From Scyliorhinus canicula (taxonomy: Eukaryota): a stretch of 64,000 nucleotides of DNA. The notes below the pieces were generated by a model. That model did not search any database, was not told the DNA's origin, and was given only the letters and a program-made list of their open reading frames with translations. Each line of letters begins with the position of its first letter. Position 1 is the stretch's first letter. This document shows, piece after piece, positions 9,946 to 22,600 of the stretch. Both the position numbers and the translations under genes were made by a program. The stretch is from NCBI RefSeq assembly GCF_902713615.1, contig NC_052175.1, positions 7,519,941 to 7,583,940 on the forward strand, written 5' to 3'.

Positions 9946-11459
9946 ATTAGAATAGATGGCATTGAGGTGCGCAGGGAAGAAGTGTTGGCAATTCTGGGCA
10001 AGGCGAAAATAGATAAGTCCCCGGGGCCTGATGGGATTTATCCTAGGATTCTCTGGGAAGCCAGGGAAGAGATTGCTGAGCCTTTGGCTTTGATTTTTAT
10101 GTCATCATTGGCTACAGGAATAGTGCCAGAGGACTGGAGGATAGCAAATGTGGTCCCTTTGTTCAAGACGGGGAGTAGAGATAACCCCGGTAACTATAGA
10201 CCGATGCGCCTCACGTCTGTTGTGGGTAAAGTCTTGGAGACGATTATAAGAGATACGATTTATAATCATCTAGATAGGAAAAATATGATTAGGGATAGTC
10301 AGCATGGTTTTGTGAAGGGTAGGTCATGCCTCACAAACCTTATCGAGTTCTTTGAGAAGGTGACTGAACAGGTAGACGAGCGTAGAGCAGTTGATGTGGT
10401 GTATATGGATTTCAGTAAAGCGTTTGATAAGGTTCTCCACGGTCGGCTATTGCAGAAAATACGGAAGCTGGAGATTGAGGGTGATTTAGAGATGTGGATC
10501 AGAAATTGGCTAGTTGAAAGAAGACAGAGGGTGGTGATTGATGGCAAATGTTCAGAATGGAGTTCACTTACGAGTGGCGTACCACAAGGATCTGTTCTGG
10601 GGCCGTTGCTGTTTGTCATTTTTATAAGTGACCTAGAGGAGGGCACAGAAGGTTGGGTGAGTAAATTTGCAGACGACACTAAAGTCGGTGGAGTTGTAGA
10701 CAATGTGGAAGGATATTGCAGGTTACAGAGGGACATAGATAAGCTGCAGAGCTGGGCTGAGAGGTGGCAAATGGAGTTTAATGTGGAGAAGTGTGAGGTG
10801 ATTCACTTTGGAAAAAATAACAGGAATGCTGAATATTTCGCTAATGGTAAAATTCTTGGCAGTGTGGATGAGCAGAGTGATCTCGGTGTCCATGTACATT
10901 GATCCCTGAAAGTTGCCACCCAGGTTGATAGGGTTGTGAAGAAGGCCTATGGTGTGTTGGCCTTTATTGTTAGAGGGATTGAGTTCCAGAGCCATGAGAT
11001 CATGTTGCAGCTGTACAAAACTCTGGTACGGCCGCATTTGGAGTAATGCGTACAGTTCTGGTCGCCTCATTATAGGAAGGACGTGGAAGCTTTCGAACGG
11101 GTGCAGAGGAGATTTGCCAGGATGTTGCCTGGTATGGAGGGAAAATCTTATGAGGAAAGGCTGATGGACTTGAGGTTGTTTTCGTTAGAGAGAAGAAGGT
11201 TAAGAAGTGACTTAATAGAGGCATACAAAATGATCAGAGGGTTAGATAGGGTGGACAGTGAGAGCCTTCTCCCGCGGATGGAGGTGGCTAGCACGAGGGG
11301 ATATAGCCATAAATTGAGGGGTAATAGATATAGGACAGAGGTCAGAGGTAGGTTTTTTACGCAAAGAGTGGTGATGCGGGGGAATGCCCTACCTGCAACA
11401 GTAGTGAACTCGCCAACATTGAGGGCATTTAAAAGTTTATTGGATAAGCATTAGGATGA

Positions 11460-12860
11460 GTGAGCATAACTTCGATAGTAGGGAAGATGCTGGAATCTAT
11501 CATCAATGAAGAAATTGCGAGGCATCTGGATATAAATTGTCCCATTTGGCAGACGCAGCATGGGTTCGTAAAGGGCAGGTCATGCCTAACTAATTTAGTG
11601 GAATATTTTGAGGACATTACCAATGCAGTAGATAACGGGGAGCCGATGGATGTGTTATATCTGGATTTCCAGAAAGCCTTTGACAATGTGCCACACAAAA
11701 GGTTGCTGCATAATATAAAGATGCATGGCATTAAGGGTAAAGTAGTAGCATGGATAGAGGATTGGTTAATTAATAGAAAGCAAAGAGTTGGGATAAATGG
11801 GTGTTTCTCTGGTTGGCAATCAGTAGCTAGTGGTGTCCCTCAGGGATCCGTGTTGGGCCCACAATTGTTACAATTTACATAGATGATTTGAAGTTGGGGA
11901 CCAAGGGCATTGTGTCAAAGTTTGCAGATGACACTAAGTTGAGTGGTAAAGCGAAAAGTGCAGAGGATACTGGAAGTCTGCAGAGGGATTTGGATAGGTT
12001 AAGTGAATGGGCTAGTGTCTGGCAGATGGAATACAATGTTGATAAATGTGAGGTTATCCATTTTGGTAGGAATAACAGCAAACGGGATTATTCTTTAAAC
12101 GATAAAATATTAAAGCATGCCGCTCTTCAGAGAGACTTGGTAGTGCTAGTGCATGAGTCACAGAAGGTTGGGTTACAAGTGAAACAGGTGATTAAGAAGG
12201 CAAATGGAATGTTGTCCTTCATTGCTAGAGGGATGGAGTTTAAGACTAGGGAGGTTATGTTACAAGTGTATAAGGCGTTAGTGCGGCCACACCTGGAGTA
12301 TTGTGTTCAGTTTTGGTCTCCTTACTTGAGAAAGGACGTACTGGCGCTGGAGGGTGTGCAGAGGAGATTCTCTAGGTTAATCCCAGATCTGAAGGGGTTG
12401 GATTATGAGGAGAGGTTGAGTAGACTGGGACTGTACTCATTGGAATTTAGAAGGATGAGGGGGGATCTTATAGAAACATTTAAAATTATGAAGGGAATAG
12501 ATAGGATAGATGCGGGCAGGTTGTTTCCACTGGCGGGTGACAGCAGAACTAGGGGGCATAGCCTCAAAATAAGGGGAAGTAGATTTAGGACTGAGTTTAG
12601 GAGGAACTTCTTCACTCAAAGGGTTGTGAATCTATGGAATTCCTTGCCCAGTGAAGCAGTTGAGGCTCCTTCATTTCATGTTTTTAAGGTAAAGATAGAT
12701 AGTTGTTTGAAGAATAAAGGGATTAAGGGTTATGGTGTTCGGGCCGGAAAGTGGAGCTGAGTCCACAAAAGATCAGCCATGATCTAATTGAATGGCGGAG
12801 CAGGCTCGAGGGGCTAGGTGGCCTACTCCTGCTCCTACTTCTTACGTTCTTATGTTCTTT
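11460..12860 (+). mobile_element. CR1 LINE 3' half (second subfamily) with short-repeat tail
   Basis: RT motifs QHGF, VPQGSVLGP, FADDTK; ends in cttacgttcttatgttct; closely similar to 45930-47315. Confidence 0.92.
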
Positions 12861-12864
12861 TACA

Positions 12865-14420
12865 CATATGTGAGATATATGAGAATGACTAGAGCGAGGG
12901 TAGGTCCGATCAAGAACAGTAGCGGGAGATTGTGTATTGTGTCTAATGAGATAGGAGGGGTCTTGAACAAGTATTTTTCTTCAGTATTTACAAACGAGAG
13001 GGGCCATATTGTTAGAGAGGACAGTTTGAAACAGACTGGTAAGCTCGAGGAGATACTTGTCAGGAAGGAAGATGTGTTGGGCGTTTTGAAAAACTTGAGG
13101 ATAGACAAGTCCCCCGGGCCTGACGGGGATATATCCAAGGATTCTATGGGAAGCAAGAAATGAAATTGCAGAGCCGTTGGCAATGATGTTTTCGTCCTCG
13201 CTGTCAACAGAGGTGGTACCGGAGGATTGGAGACTGGCGAATGTCGTGCACCTGTTCAAAAAAGGGAATAGGGATAACCCTAGGAATTACAGGCCAGTTA
13301 GTCTTACTTCGGTGGTCGGCAAATTAATGGAAAGGGTACTGAGGGATAGGATTTCTGAGCATCTGGAAAGACACTGCTTGATTAGGGATAGTGAGCACGG
13401 ATTTGTAAGGGGTAGGTCTTGCCTTACAGGTCTTATTGACTTATTAGAGGAGGTGACCAAGCATGTGGATGACGGTAAAGCAATGGATGTAATGTACATG
13501 GATTTTAGTAAGGCATTTGATAATGTTCCCGATGGTATGCTTATACAGAAAGTAAGGAGGCATGGGTAATGGAAAATTTGGCCAGTTGGATGAGAAGTGG
13601 CTAACCGATGGGAGACAAAGAGTGGTGGTGGATGGCAAATATTCAGCCTGGAGGCCCATTACCAGTGGCGTACAGCAGGCCCTCTGCTGTTTGTGATTTT
13701 TATTAACGACTTGGATGAGGGAGTTGAAGTTTCGTTCAGTAAATTTGCAGATGATACGAAGATTGATGGAGTTGTGGATAGTGAGGAAGGCTGCTGTCGG
13801 CTTCAAAGAGACATAGATAGGATGCAGAGCTTTGCTCAGAAGTGGCAGATGGAATTTAACGCTGACAAGTGTGAGGTTGTCCATTTTCGAAGGACAAATA
13901 TGAATGTGGAAAAAAGGGTTAACGGTAGGCTTATTGGCAATGTAGCGGAGCAGAGAGATCTTGGGATCTTTTTCATAGATCTTTGAAAGTTGCCACTCAA
14001 GTGGATAGAGCTGTGAAGAAGGCCTATGGTGTGCTAGCGTTCATTAGCAGAGGGATTTAATTTAAGAGCCGAGAGGTGCCTGGAATCGAGAGTAGGTCTT
14101 TCGAGGAAAGGTTGAGGGTGCTAGGCCTTTTCTCATTAGAACGGAGAAGGATGAGGAGCGACTTGATAGAGGTTTATAAGATGATCAGGGGAATAGTAAG
14201 AGTAGACAGTCAGAGACCATTTCCCCGGGTGGAATAAACCATTGCCAGGGGACATAAATTTAAGGTAAATGGTGGAAGATATAGGGGGGATATCAGAGGT
14301 AGGTTCTTTACCCAGAGAGTAGTGGGGGCATGGAATGCACTGCCCGTGGAAGTAGTTGAGTCGGAAACGTTAGGGACCTCCAAGCGGCTATTGGATCGGT
14401 ACATGGATTAGGGTAGAATA
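12865..14420 (+). mobile_element. CR1 LINE ORF2 remnant (third subfamily), degraded
   Basis: KSPGPDG, NYRPVSLTS, FADDTK fragments across frameshifts. Confidence 0.88.
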
Positions 14421-14454
14421 ATGGAGTGTAGATTAATTTCTTCTTTTTTAAAAA

Positions 14455-14670
14455 AATAAATTTAGATTAGCCAATTATTTTTTCTATTAAGGGACAATTT
14501 AGCGTGGCCAATCCACCTACTCTGCACATTTTTGGGTTGTGGGGGCGAAACCCACGCAGACACAGGGAGAATGTGCAAACTCCACACGGACAGTGACCCA
14601 GAGCCGGGGTCGCCCTGGGACCTCAGCACCGTGAGGCAATTGTGCTAACCACTAGGCCACCGTGCTGCCG
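14455..14670 (-). mobile_element. tRNA-derived SINE
   Basis: Head gcagcacggtggcctagtggttagcac on the minus strand; lies back-to-back with the next SINE. Confidence 0.85.
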
Positions 14671-14687
14671 GATTAATTTGTTCTTAA

Positions 14688-14968
14688 GGGCAGCACGGTA
14701 GCATTGTGGATAGCACACTTGCTTCACAATTCCAGGGTCCCAAGTTCGATTTCGTCTTGGGTCACTGTCTGTGTGGAGTCTGCACATCCTCCCCGTGTGT
14801 ACGTGGGTTTCCTCCGGGTACTCCGGTTTCCTCCCACAGTCCAAATATGTGCAGGTTGGGTGGATTGGCCATGATAAATTGCCCTTAGTGTCCAAAATTC
14901 TATGATTAACCTAGGACAAAAGTTCGGCACAACATCGTGGGCCGAAGGGCCTGTTCTGTGCTGTATTT
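14688..14968 (+). mobile_element. V-SINE
   Basis: gggcagcacggtagc head through the gggccgaagggcctgttctgtgctgta tail. Confidence 0.9.
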
Positions 14969-16285
14969 CTCTCCCTATCTAACAGAAAAGAGTGTGAGAA
15001 ACTCAAGAATGATTTCTCAATGTATCTGTCCAATTTTAAGCACACAAACATAATTCAGTATTCTGAATATTCAAAGAAACTTACCATTCGTTAAAAAGAG
15101 CTTGATGGTCCTCCACTGGCGAATGGAAGCGGATTGATAAGTTATTTATGGAGAGTCTTCTCAGCTCCGTATTCACTTCCAATTTGCAAGCATCCTTCTT
15201 GTTTGTTTCCTGTCAATTCTCTTATGTCCATTTATTTTATTTTTGCCATTACATTTTTGATCCACGGACATTTAAATGCCCTGTAATTTTAAGTTAAAGT
15301 AGCAGGTGCCTTTAATTCAAACAGGAGGATCTAGAAGCCGTTTCTGTTGCAGGTTGGAGATTGCAGATTGGCTGACATTCGTGCTGACTCAATTTGATTG
15401 ATTACGTCGGTGGCCAATGAATGAACCCAAAATGTTGTAATCTGCCCAGTAACAGATGATGACTGGATCTGATCCCACTGCAATGCTTCAGAGCGTCAAA
15501 AGTTGAGTTTTTGGTTTGACATGATTCTGCAACTTTGATGGAGGGCTCTAATTAATTCTCTCCAAAACGATCTCACCACCCCGCTCTATAAGGCCACTGA
15601 AAGGGCTGATTTTCTCTCCAGTAAGCCTCGGTAATTTTCTCTCGAGATTCCCAAGTTTTACAGTCAAACCATGATCTGAAAGCAAGGTTTGATTTGAAAT
15701 AAAATGTCTGTACTGAAATATATAGGCCTGGAGGTGAACCTCAAGCTGAAGTCCAGTTTGATCAGAAAGATAGCATCTGTCCTGAAATCCGCTGCCAGTA
15801 AGTAGGACACTGCAGTAGTTTTAGATAGAGGCTCTGGATCGGCGCAGGCTTGGAGAGCCAAAGAGCCTGTTCCTGTGCTGTAATTTTTGTTTGTCCTCTT
15901 TGTCCTACACTATCAGGCCTCAATTAATTACTCTGGATGGTGCACCATTAGTTGCTGGAAATGAAATATTTTCATCAACGAGCATGCTGCGAGTCAAACG
16001 TGTTACACGACCACCATTTGAAGCTATGTCTTCGAAACATTTGGCCTTCAACATTGTTACTTCAGCCTCTTTCCCGCCATCTCTTTGCCTGTCCTGTATG
16101 TGGGTAGAGGGTGAGACAGTTAGAGGGTATTACATTAGCTTGTAATTAAGTTGCATTCACTGTATATTTCATCGTTATTTTTATGATAAAGGAACTTTAC
16201 TTTTGCTAACAAACATAGTGACATATTATTGGGCATTCAATGACCAAAGAAGATTGGAAATATTATAAGAATGATTGGTTAGTTC

Positions 16286-16612
16286 ATAGTATTTCATAGA
16301 TTTTACAGTGAAGAAGGAGGCCATTTGGCGCATCAAGTCTGCACCGGCTCTTGGAAGAGTACCCTACATAAACCCAGACCTCCACCCTCTCCGAGCAACC
16401 CAGTACTCCATATAACCTAAGGGTAATTTAGCATGGCCAATCCACCTAAACTGCACATCTTTGGACTGCGGGAGGAAACCGGACCACCCGGAGGAAACCC
16501 ACGCACACACGGGGAGAACGTGCAGATTCCGCACAGTAACCCAAGCAGGAATCGAACCAGGGACCATGGTGCTGTGAGGCCGTAGTGCTAACCATATGCT
16601 ACCGTGCTACCC
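16286..16612 (-). mobile_element. V-SINE
   Basis: Head, central domain and CR1-like tail. Confidence 0.85.
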
Positions 16613-17489
16613 AGAAATGTGATTATGTGGCATGGAGCACAAAGAACATTGCAGCAAAAGAACAGACCCTTCGGCCCTACCTCTCGGCACCGATCATGAT
16701 ACCGAACTTTGCTAACTCCCGCAGGACGTTCTTATTATTCAAATGTTGTCCCCTTGTTCAAGAAGGGGCGCAGAGACAACCTCGGTAACTATAGACCAGT
16801 GAGCCTTACTTCTGTTGTGGGCAAATTCTTGGAAAGGTTTATAAGAGATAGGATGTATAATCATCTGGAAAGGAATAATTTGATTAGAGATAGTCAACAC
16901 GGTTTTGTGAAGGGTAGGCCTTGCATCAATAAACTTATTGAGTTCTTTGAGAAGGTAACCAAAAAGTTAGATGAGGGTAAAGCAGTTGATGTGGTGTATA
17001 TGGATTTCAGTAAAGCGTTTGATAAGGTTCCCCGTGGTAGGCTATTGCAGAAAATACGGAGTCATGGCATTCAGGGTTATTTAGCAGTTTGCATCAGAAA
17101 TTGGCTAGCTGGAAGAAGAAAAAGGGTGGTGGTTGGTGGGAAATGTTCAGACTGGAGCCCAGTTGCTAGTAGCGTACCACAAGGGTCTGATTTGGGGCCA
17201 CTGCTATTTGTCATTTTTATAAATGACGTGGAGGAGGGCGTAGAAGGATGGGTGAGTAAATTTGCAAATGGCACTAAAGTCGGTGGAGTTGTGGACAGTG
17301 CGAAAAGATGTTACAAGTTGCAGAGGGACATAGATAAGCTGCAGAGCTGGGCTGAGATGTGGCAAATGGAGTTTAATGCAGAAAAGTGTGAGGTGAATCA
17401 TTTTGGAAGGAATAACAGGAATGCAGAGTCCTGGAATAATGGGAAGATTCTTGGTCGTGTGGATGAGCAGTGAGGTCTCGGTGTCCATG

Positions 17490-19826
17490 TGACAACATTG
17501 GGTTCTCTACCCGTCAGTCTGTCCTCAATAAAACTCGAGAGGGATTTATAGGTGCAGGATTATTTATTTTTAAACAACTTGCAAGGCTGACCCGCTCTAT
17601 AGATTCAGAACACAGGCAGTCTTCTGAAGCCCCAGAAACGAGTGAATTCGGAGGCAAAGAAATCTCTGCAAATATCATTCAAACGGCATCAGGTTTCACA
17701 TACAAGATTCCCACAGAACAAAGAGAACAAAGTTACAGCACAGGAAGAGGCCCTTCGGCCCTCCCAGCCTGCGCCGATCCAGATCCTTTATCGAAACCTA
17801 TCTCCTATTTTCCAAGGTCTACTTCCTCTGTTCCCGCCCGTTCATATACTCGTCTAGATACCTCTTAAATGATGCTATCGTGCCCGCCTCTACCACCACC
17901 GGTGGTAAAGCGTTCCAGGCATCCACCACCCTGTGCGTAAAAAACTTACCTTAAACTTTCCCCCTCTCACTTTGAAATCGTGACCCCTTGTAACTGACAC
18001 CCCCACTCTTGGAAAAAGCTTGTTGCTATCCACTCTGTCCATACCTCTCATAATTTTGTAGACCTCAATCAGGTCCCCACTCAACCTCCGTCTTTCCAAT
18101 GAAAACAATCCTAATCTGCTCAACGTTTCTTCAAAGCTAGCCCCCCCCCCCCCCATACCAGGTAACATCCTGGTGAACCTCCTTTGCACCCTCTCCAATG
18201 CATCCACATCCTTATGGTGATGTGGCGACCAGAACTGCACGCAGTATTCAAAATGTGGCCTAACCAAAGTCATATACAACTGTAACAGGACCTGCCGACT
18301 CGTGTACTCAATACCCCGTCCGATGAACGCAAGCATGCTGTATGCCTTCTTGGCTACTCTATCAACCTGCGTTCCCACTTTCAGGGTACAATGGACCTGA
18401 AATCCCAGATCTCTCTGTACATCAATTTTCCCCAGGACCCTTCCATTGACCATATAGTCCGCTCTTGAATTTAATCTTCCGAAATGCATCACCTCGCATT
18501 TGCCTGGATTGAACTCCATCTGCCATTTCTCTGCCCAACTCTGCAATCTATCTATATTTTGTTGTATTTTCTGACAGTCCTTCTCGCTATCTGCAACTCC
18601 ACCAATATTTGTATCATCTGCAAACTTGCTAATCCGACCACCTATACCTTCCTCAAGGTCATTTATGTAGATCGCAAAAAACAGTGGTCCGAGCACAGAT
18701 CCCTGTGGAACACCACTAGTCACCCTTCTCCATTTTGAGACACTCCCTTCCACCACTACTCTCTGTCTCTTGTTACCCAGCCAGTTCTTTATCCATCTAG
18801 ATAGTACACCCTGAACCCCATACGACTTAACTTTCTCCATTAACCTGCCATGGGAAACCTTATCAAACGCCTTACTAAAGTCCATGTATATGACATCTAC
18901 AGCCCTTCCCTCATCAATTAACTTTGTCACTTCATCAAATAATTCTATTAGGTTTGTAAGGCATGACCTTCCCTGCACAAAACCATGCTGCCTATCACTG
19001 ATAAGTCTATTTTCTTCCATATGTGAATTGATCCTATCCCTCAGTATCTTCTCCAACAGTTTGCCTACCACTCACAGGTCTATAATTCCCTGGATTTTCC
19101 CTGCTACCCTTCTTAAACAAAGGAACATCATTATCATTTCTCCAGTCCTCCGGGACCTCACCCATGATCAAGGATGCTGTAATGATATCTGTTAAGGCCC
19201 AAACTATTTCGTCCCTCGCTTCCCTCAGTAACCTGGGATAGATCCCATCCGGTCCTGGGGACTTGTCTACCTTAATGTCTTTTGGAATATCCAAAATTTC
19301 CCACTTGCGTATGACAACTTGACCTTGAGTATTGAAACATCCATCCCTAGCCTCAACATCCATCTTGTCCCTCTCCTGTGTGAATACTGATGCAAAGTAC
19401 CCATTAAGAATCTCACCCATTTCCTCTGAGTCCACGCATAAATTACCTCTTTTGTCTTTGGGTAGGCCAATCCTTTCTCTAGTTACCCTTTTGCTCCTTA
19501 GATACGAATAAAAGGCTTTTGGATTTTCCTTCACCCTGGTAGCCAAAGATATTTCGTGACCCCTTTTAGCCCTCTTTCGGTCATCCTATACACCTCCTGA
19601 CCTGGCCATATATCCTGATTGGCTCACTTCGCATTCCTCAACCCTGGGCCTCTTGTTACCTAGCATCCTTTTCACCACCCTGACTCCCCTCCCCCACTTC
19701 CTTGGCCATGCTTTCTGAATCCCAATGTCCTTTGTCCGTGAGCTCACTACTATCAGACTGGCTCACATCTACATTATTCTAACTAATAATCCTATTTTAT
19801 ATCACATTCGTTTGTTCAATTCCTCA
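17490..19826 (-). mobile_element. Solo LTR (about 480 bp net) interrupted by a CR1
   Basis: TG...CA termini, 4-bp TSD CATG (17486-17489)/GATG (19827-19830). On the minus strand: CCAAT (19619-19623), TATA-like (19585-19594) and AATAAA (17564-17569) in U3-R-U5 order. Confidence 0.62.
17713..19575 (-). mobile_element. CR1 LINE 3' portion nested inside the solo LTR
   Basis: 393-aa RT frame 17890-19071 plus upstream KSPGPDG frame; tail ttgttctctttgttctgt at the 17713 end. Confidence 0.9.
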
Positions 19827-20529
19827 GATGTACATAGATCCCTGAAAGGTACCACCCAGGTTGAGAGGGTTGTTAAGAAGGCGTACGGTGTGTTAGCTTT
19901 TATTGGTAGAGGGATTGGGTTTCGGAGCCATGAGTTCATGTTGCAGCTGTACAAAACTCTGGTGCGGCCTCATTTGGAGTATTGCGTGCAATTCTGGTCG
20001 CCGCATTATAGGAAGGATGTGGAAGCATTTGAAAGGGTGCAGAGGAGATTTACCAAGATGTTGCCTGGTATGGAGGGAAGATCCTTTGAGGGAAGGCAGA
20101 GGGACTTGAGTCTGTTTTCATTGGAGAAGAAGGTTTAGAGGTGACTTAATTGAGGCATACAAGATGATCAGAGGATTAGATAGGGTGGACAGTGAGAGCC
20201 TTTTTTCCTCGGATGGTGATGTCTAGCACGAGGGGACATAGCTTTAAATTGAGAGGACATCGATATAGGACAGAAGTCAGAGGTAGGTTCTTTACTCAGA
20301 GAGTAGTAAGTGCGTGGAATGCCCTGCTTGCAACAGTCGTGCACTCGCCAACACTAAGGGCATTCATATGGTCATTGAATAGACACATGGATTAAAAGGG
20401 AATAGTGTAGATTGACTTTCAAGTGGTTTCACAGGTCGGCGCAACATCGACGGCCGAAGGGCCTGTACTGCGCTGGAGTGTTGTATGTTCTATGTGTCAT
20501 ATCCCTATACACACACCCTGTCTATGTTT

Positions 20530-22600
20530 TTGTTAAGATGCCTTTTCAACAGCGTCAATGTATCTGCTTCCACAACCTCCCCTCGAAACGCATTCCAGGC
20601 CTCACCACCCTTTCCATAAGAAAACTGCCCCGCACATCTCCTCTAATATTTGCTCCACGGGCCATAAACCTATATCCCCTGGTTATTAACCCCTCCACCT
20701 TGGGAAATAAATGCATGCCCATCCACGATATCCATGCCCCTCGAAATCTTGGAGACTTCTATCAAGTCACCCCTCAACCTCTGTCTTTCCAATGAAAACA
20801 GTCCGAGTTTATTCAGCCTCTCGAGATAACTAACACCCTCCAGTTAAGGAACCATCCCAGTAAACCTCTTCTGCACCTTATCCAAAGCCTAAACATCCAT
20901 CTGGTATTGTGGCGACCAGGACTGTGCGCAATATTCAAAGTGCGGCCTGACCAAGTTTCTGCACAACTGTAGCATGACTTACCAGTTTTATACTCGATCG
21001 CCCATCCAATGAAGGAAAGCATTGCGTACGATTTCGTGACTACGTTGGACACCTGTATTGCCACCTTCAAAGATATGTGGACCTGCATGACCAGATCTCT
21101 CTGACTTTCTATATTCCTAAGGGTTTTGTCATTTAAAGTATATTTCCCCTTTATGTTCGACCTACCAAAATACATTACCTCACATTTGTAAGGATTAATA
21201 TCCATTTGCCATTTATCTGCCCGTCTGCAACCTATCTATGTCCTCTCTGACAATCTTCAACGCTATCTGTCATGCCACCAACCTTGGTACCATCCGCAAA
21301 CTTACTGATCAGACCAGTTACATTTTCCTCCAAATCGTTATGTAACCACAAACAACAGAAACCCCAGCGCACATCCGTGTAGAAAACCACTAGACACAAC
21401 ATTCCATTCAGAAATAAACACCATTCTACTGATACCATTTGCCTTCTGTGACCGACCCATTCACCATTTGTCGAGGCACCTTGTCAAAGGCTTTACGGAA
21501 GTCCATGTAAACAAAAACCACCGCACTATACTCATAAATCATCTTTGCCACCTCCTCAAAAACTCGATCATATTAATGAGGCACGACTTCCACTTCACAA
21601 AATCATGCTGTCTAACGTTGATTAGTCCATTTGGTTCCAAATCGGCATATGTCCTGTTCCTGACAATTCTCTCCAATAATGTACCTACACAGTTGAGAGG
21701 CTCAACGGTCTGTACTCGGCCGAATTATCCCTGATACCTTTCTAAAACAGTGGTACCACATGAGTTATTCTCCTGTCCTCTGGGATATCACTGGCAGCCA
21801 ATGAGGATACAACGATTTCAGTCAAGGTCCCAGCAATTTCCTCGCTTGCATCCCTCAGCATTCTTTGGTAAATCCCATCCGGCCCAGGATAGTTATCTAA
21901 CTTAATATATTTCCTCTGGCTCAACATATAGATTCCCTCCACTGTCCTTAAGTGGTCCAATTATTTCCCTGGCCATCTTCTTGTTTTTTACATTTGTATG
22001 AAACAGCTTTGGGATTCACCTTATCCCTACTTTGCCAAGGACGTTTCATGACACCCCAACCACTCCATCTTTCCCAATTAAGTACTTTCCTACCTTTTTT
22101 ATAATCCTCAAGGGTTTCGACTGTCCTCAACCTTCCAGGCATTACAAAAACTTCCTTTACCTGTCTCAAGAGGTGCACAATATCCCTCGTTATCCAAAAC
22201 TCCCGAAACGTCCCATTCTTATCATTCATGCTCTCATGAACTTGACTGTCCTGAAATCTAATCAACTGTCGCTTGAGAGACTCCCGCATTTCCGATGTTG
22301 ATTTACCATCCAATTGCCGCAGCCAATCCAAATTCCTAATGTCTTATCTAATGTTATCATAATTTGTCGTTTCCCAGTTTATCACCTCAACGCGAGTGTT
22401 ACTTTAATCAGAATTGCTCTGAAACTTTCGGAATTGTGGTCACTACTCCGAAACGTCAACCATCTATCCGTGTTCATTTTTTACCGACTTCACTTTTCGT
22501 CGGTTGTGGAGGGATGTAATGTTTGTTGAAGGGGTAGAAATCAAGCGAGTTGCTTTGCTCTCGATGGTTTCAGACATCTCGACCGTTGTTGCAGCCTCAG
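20530..22600 (-). mobile_element. Degraded CR1 LINE ORF2
   Basis: Fragments ISKFADGTKVGG, YPGPDGIYQRML, VRPHLEYC-like. Confidence 0.8.

Larger units (their letters stand above)
7425..11455 (+). mobile_element. CR1 LINE ORF2 remnant interrupted by the Penelope element
   Basis: LNEYFSSVFT before the insertion; KSPGPDGIYPRIL, QHGFVKGRSCLTNL, VPQGSVLGP, FADDTK after it; several in-frame stops. Confidence 0.92.
16710..20495 (+). mobile_element. CR1 LINE 3' half split at 17489/19827 by a solo LTR
   Basis: The RT frame 16709-17473 stops at gtccatg and the same sequence resumes at atgtacatagatccctgaaag (19828), as judged against the intact copy near 10885; 3' tail near 20490. Confidence 0.88.

Noticed and set aside
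10299-10736. Antisense ORFs over CR1 and Penelope RT regions (also 8812-9174, 36960-37337 and others)
   Set aside because: Shadow frames of retroelement coding sequence.
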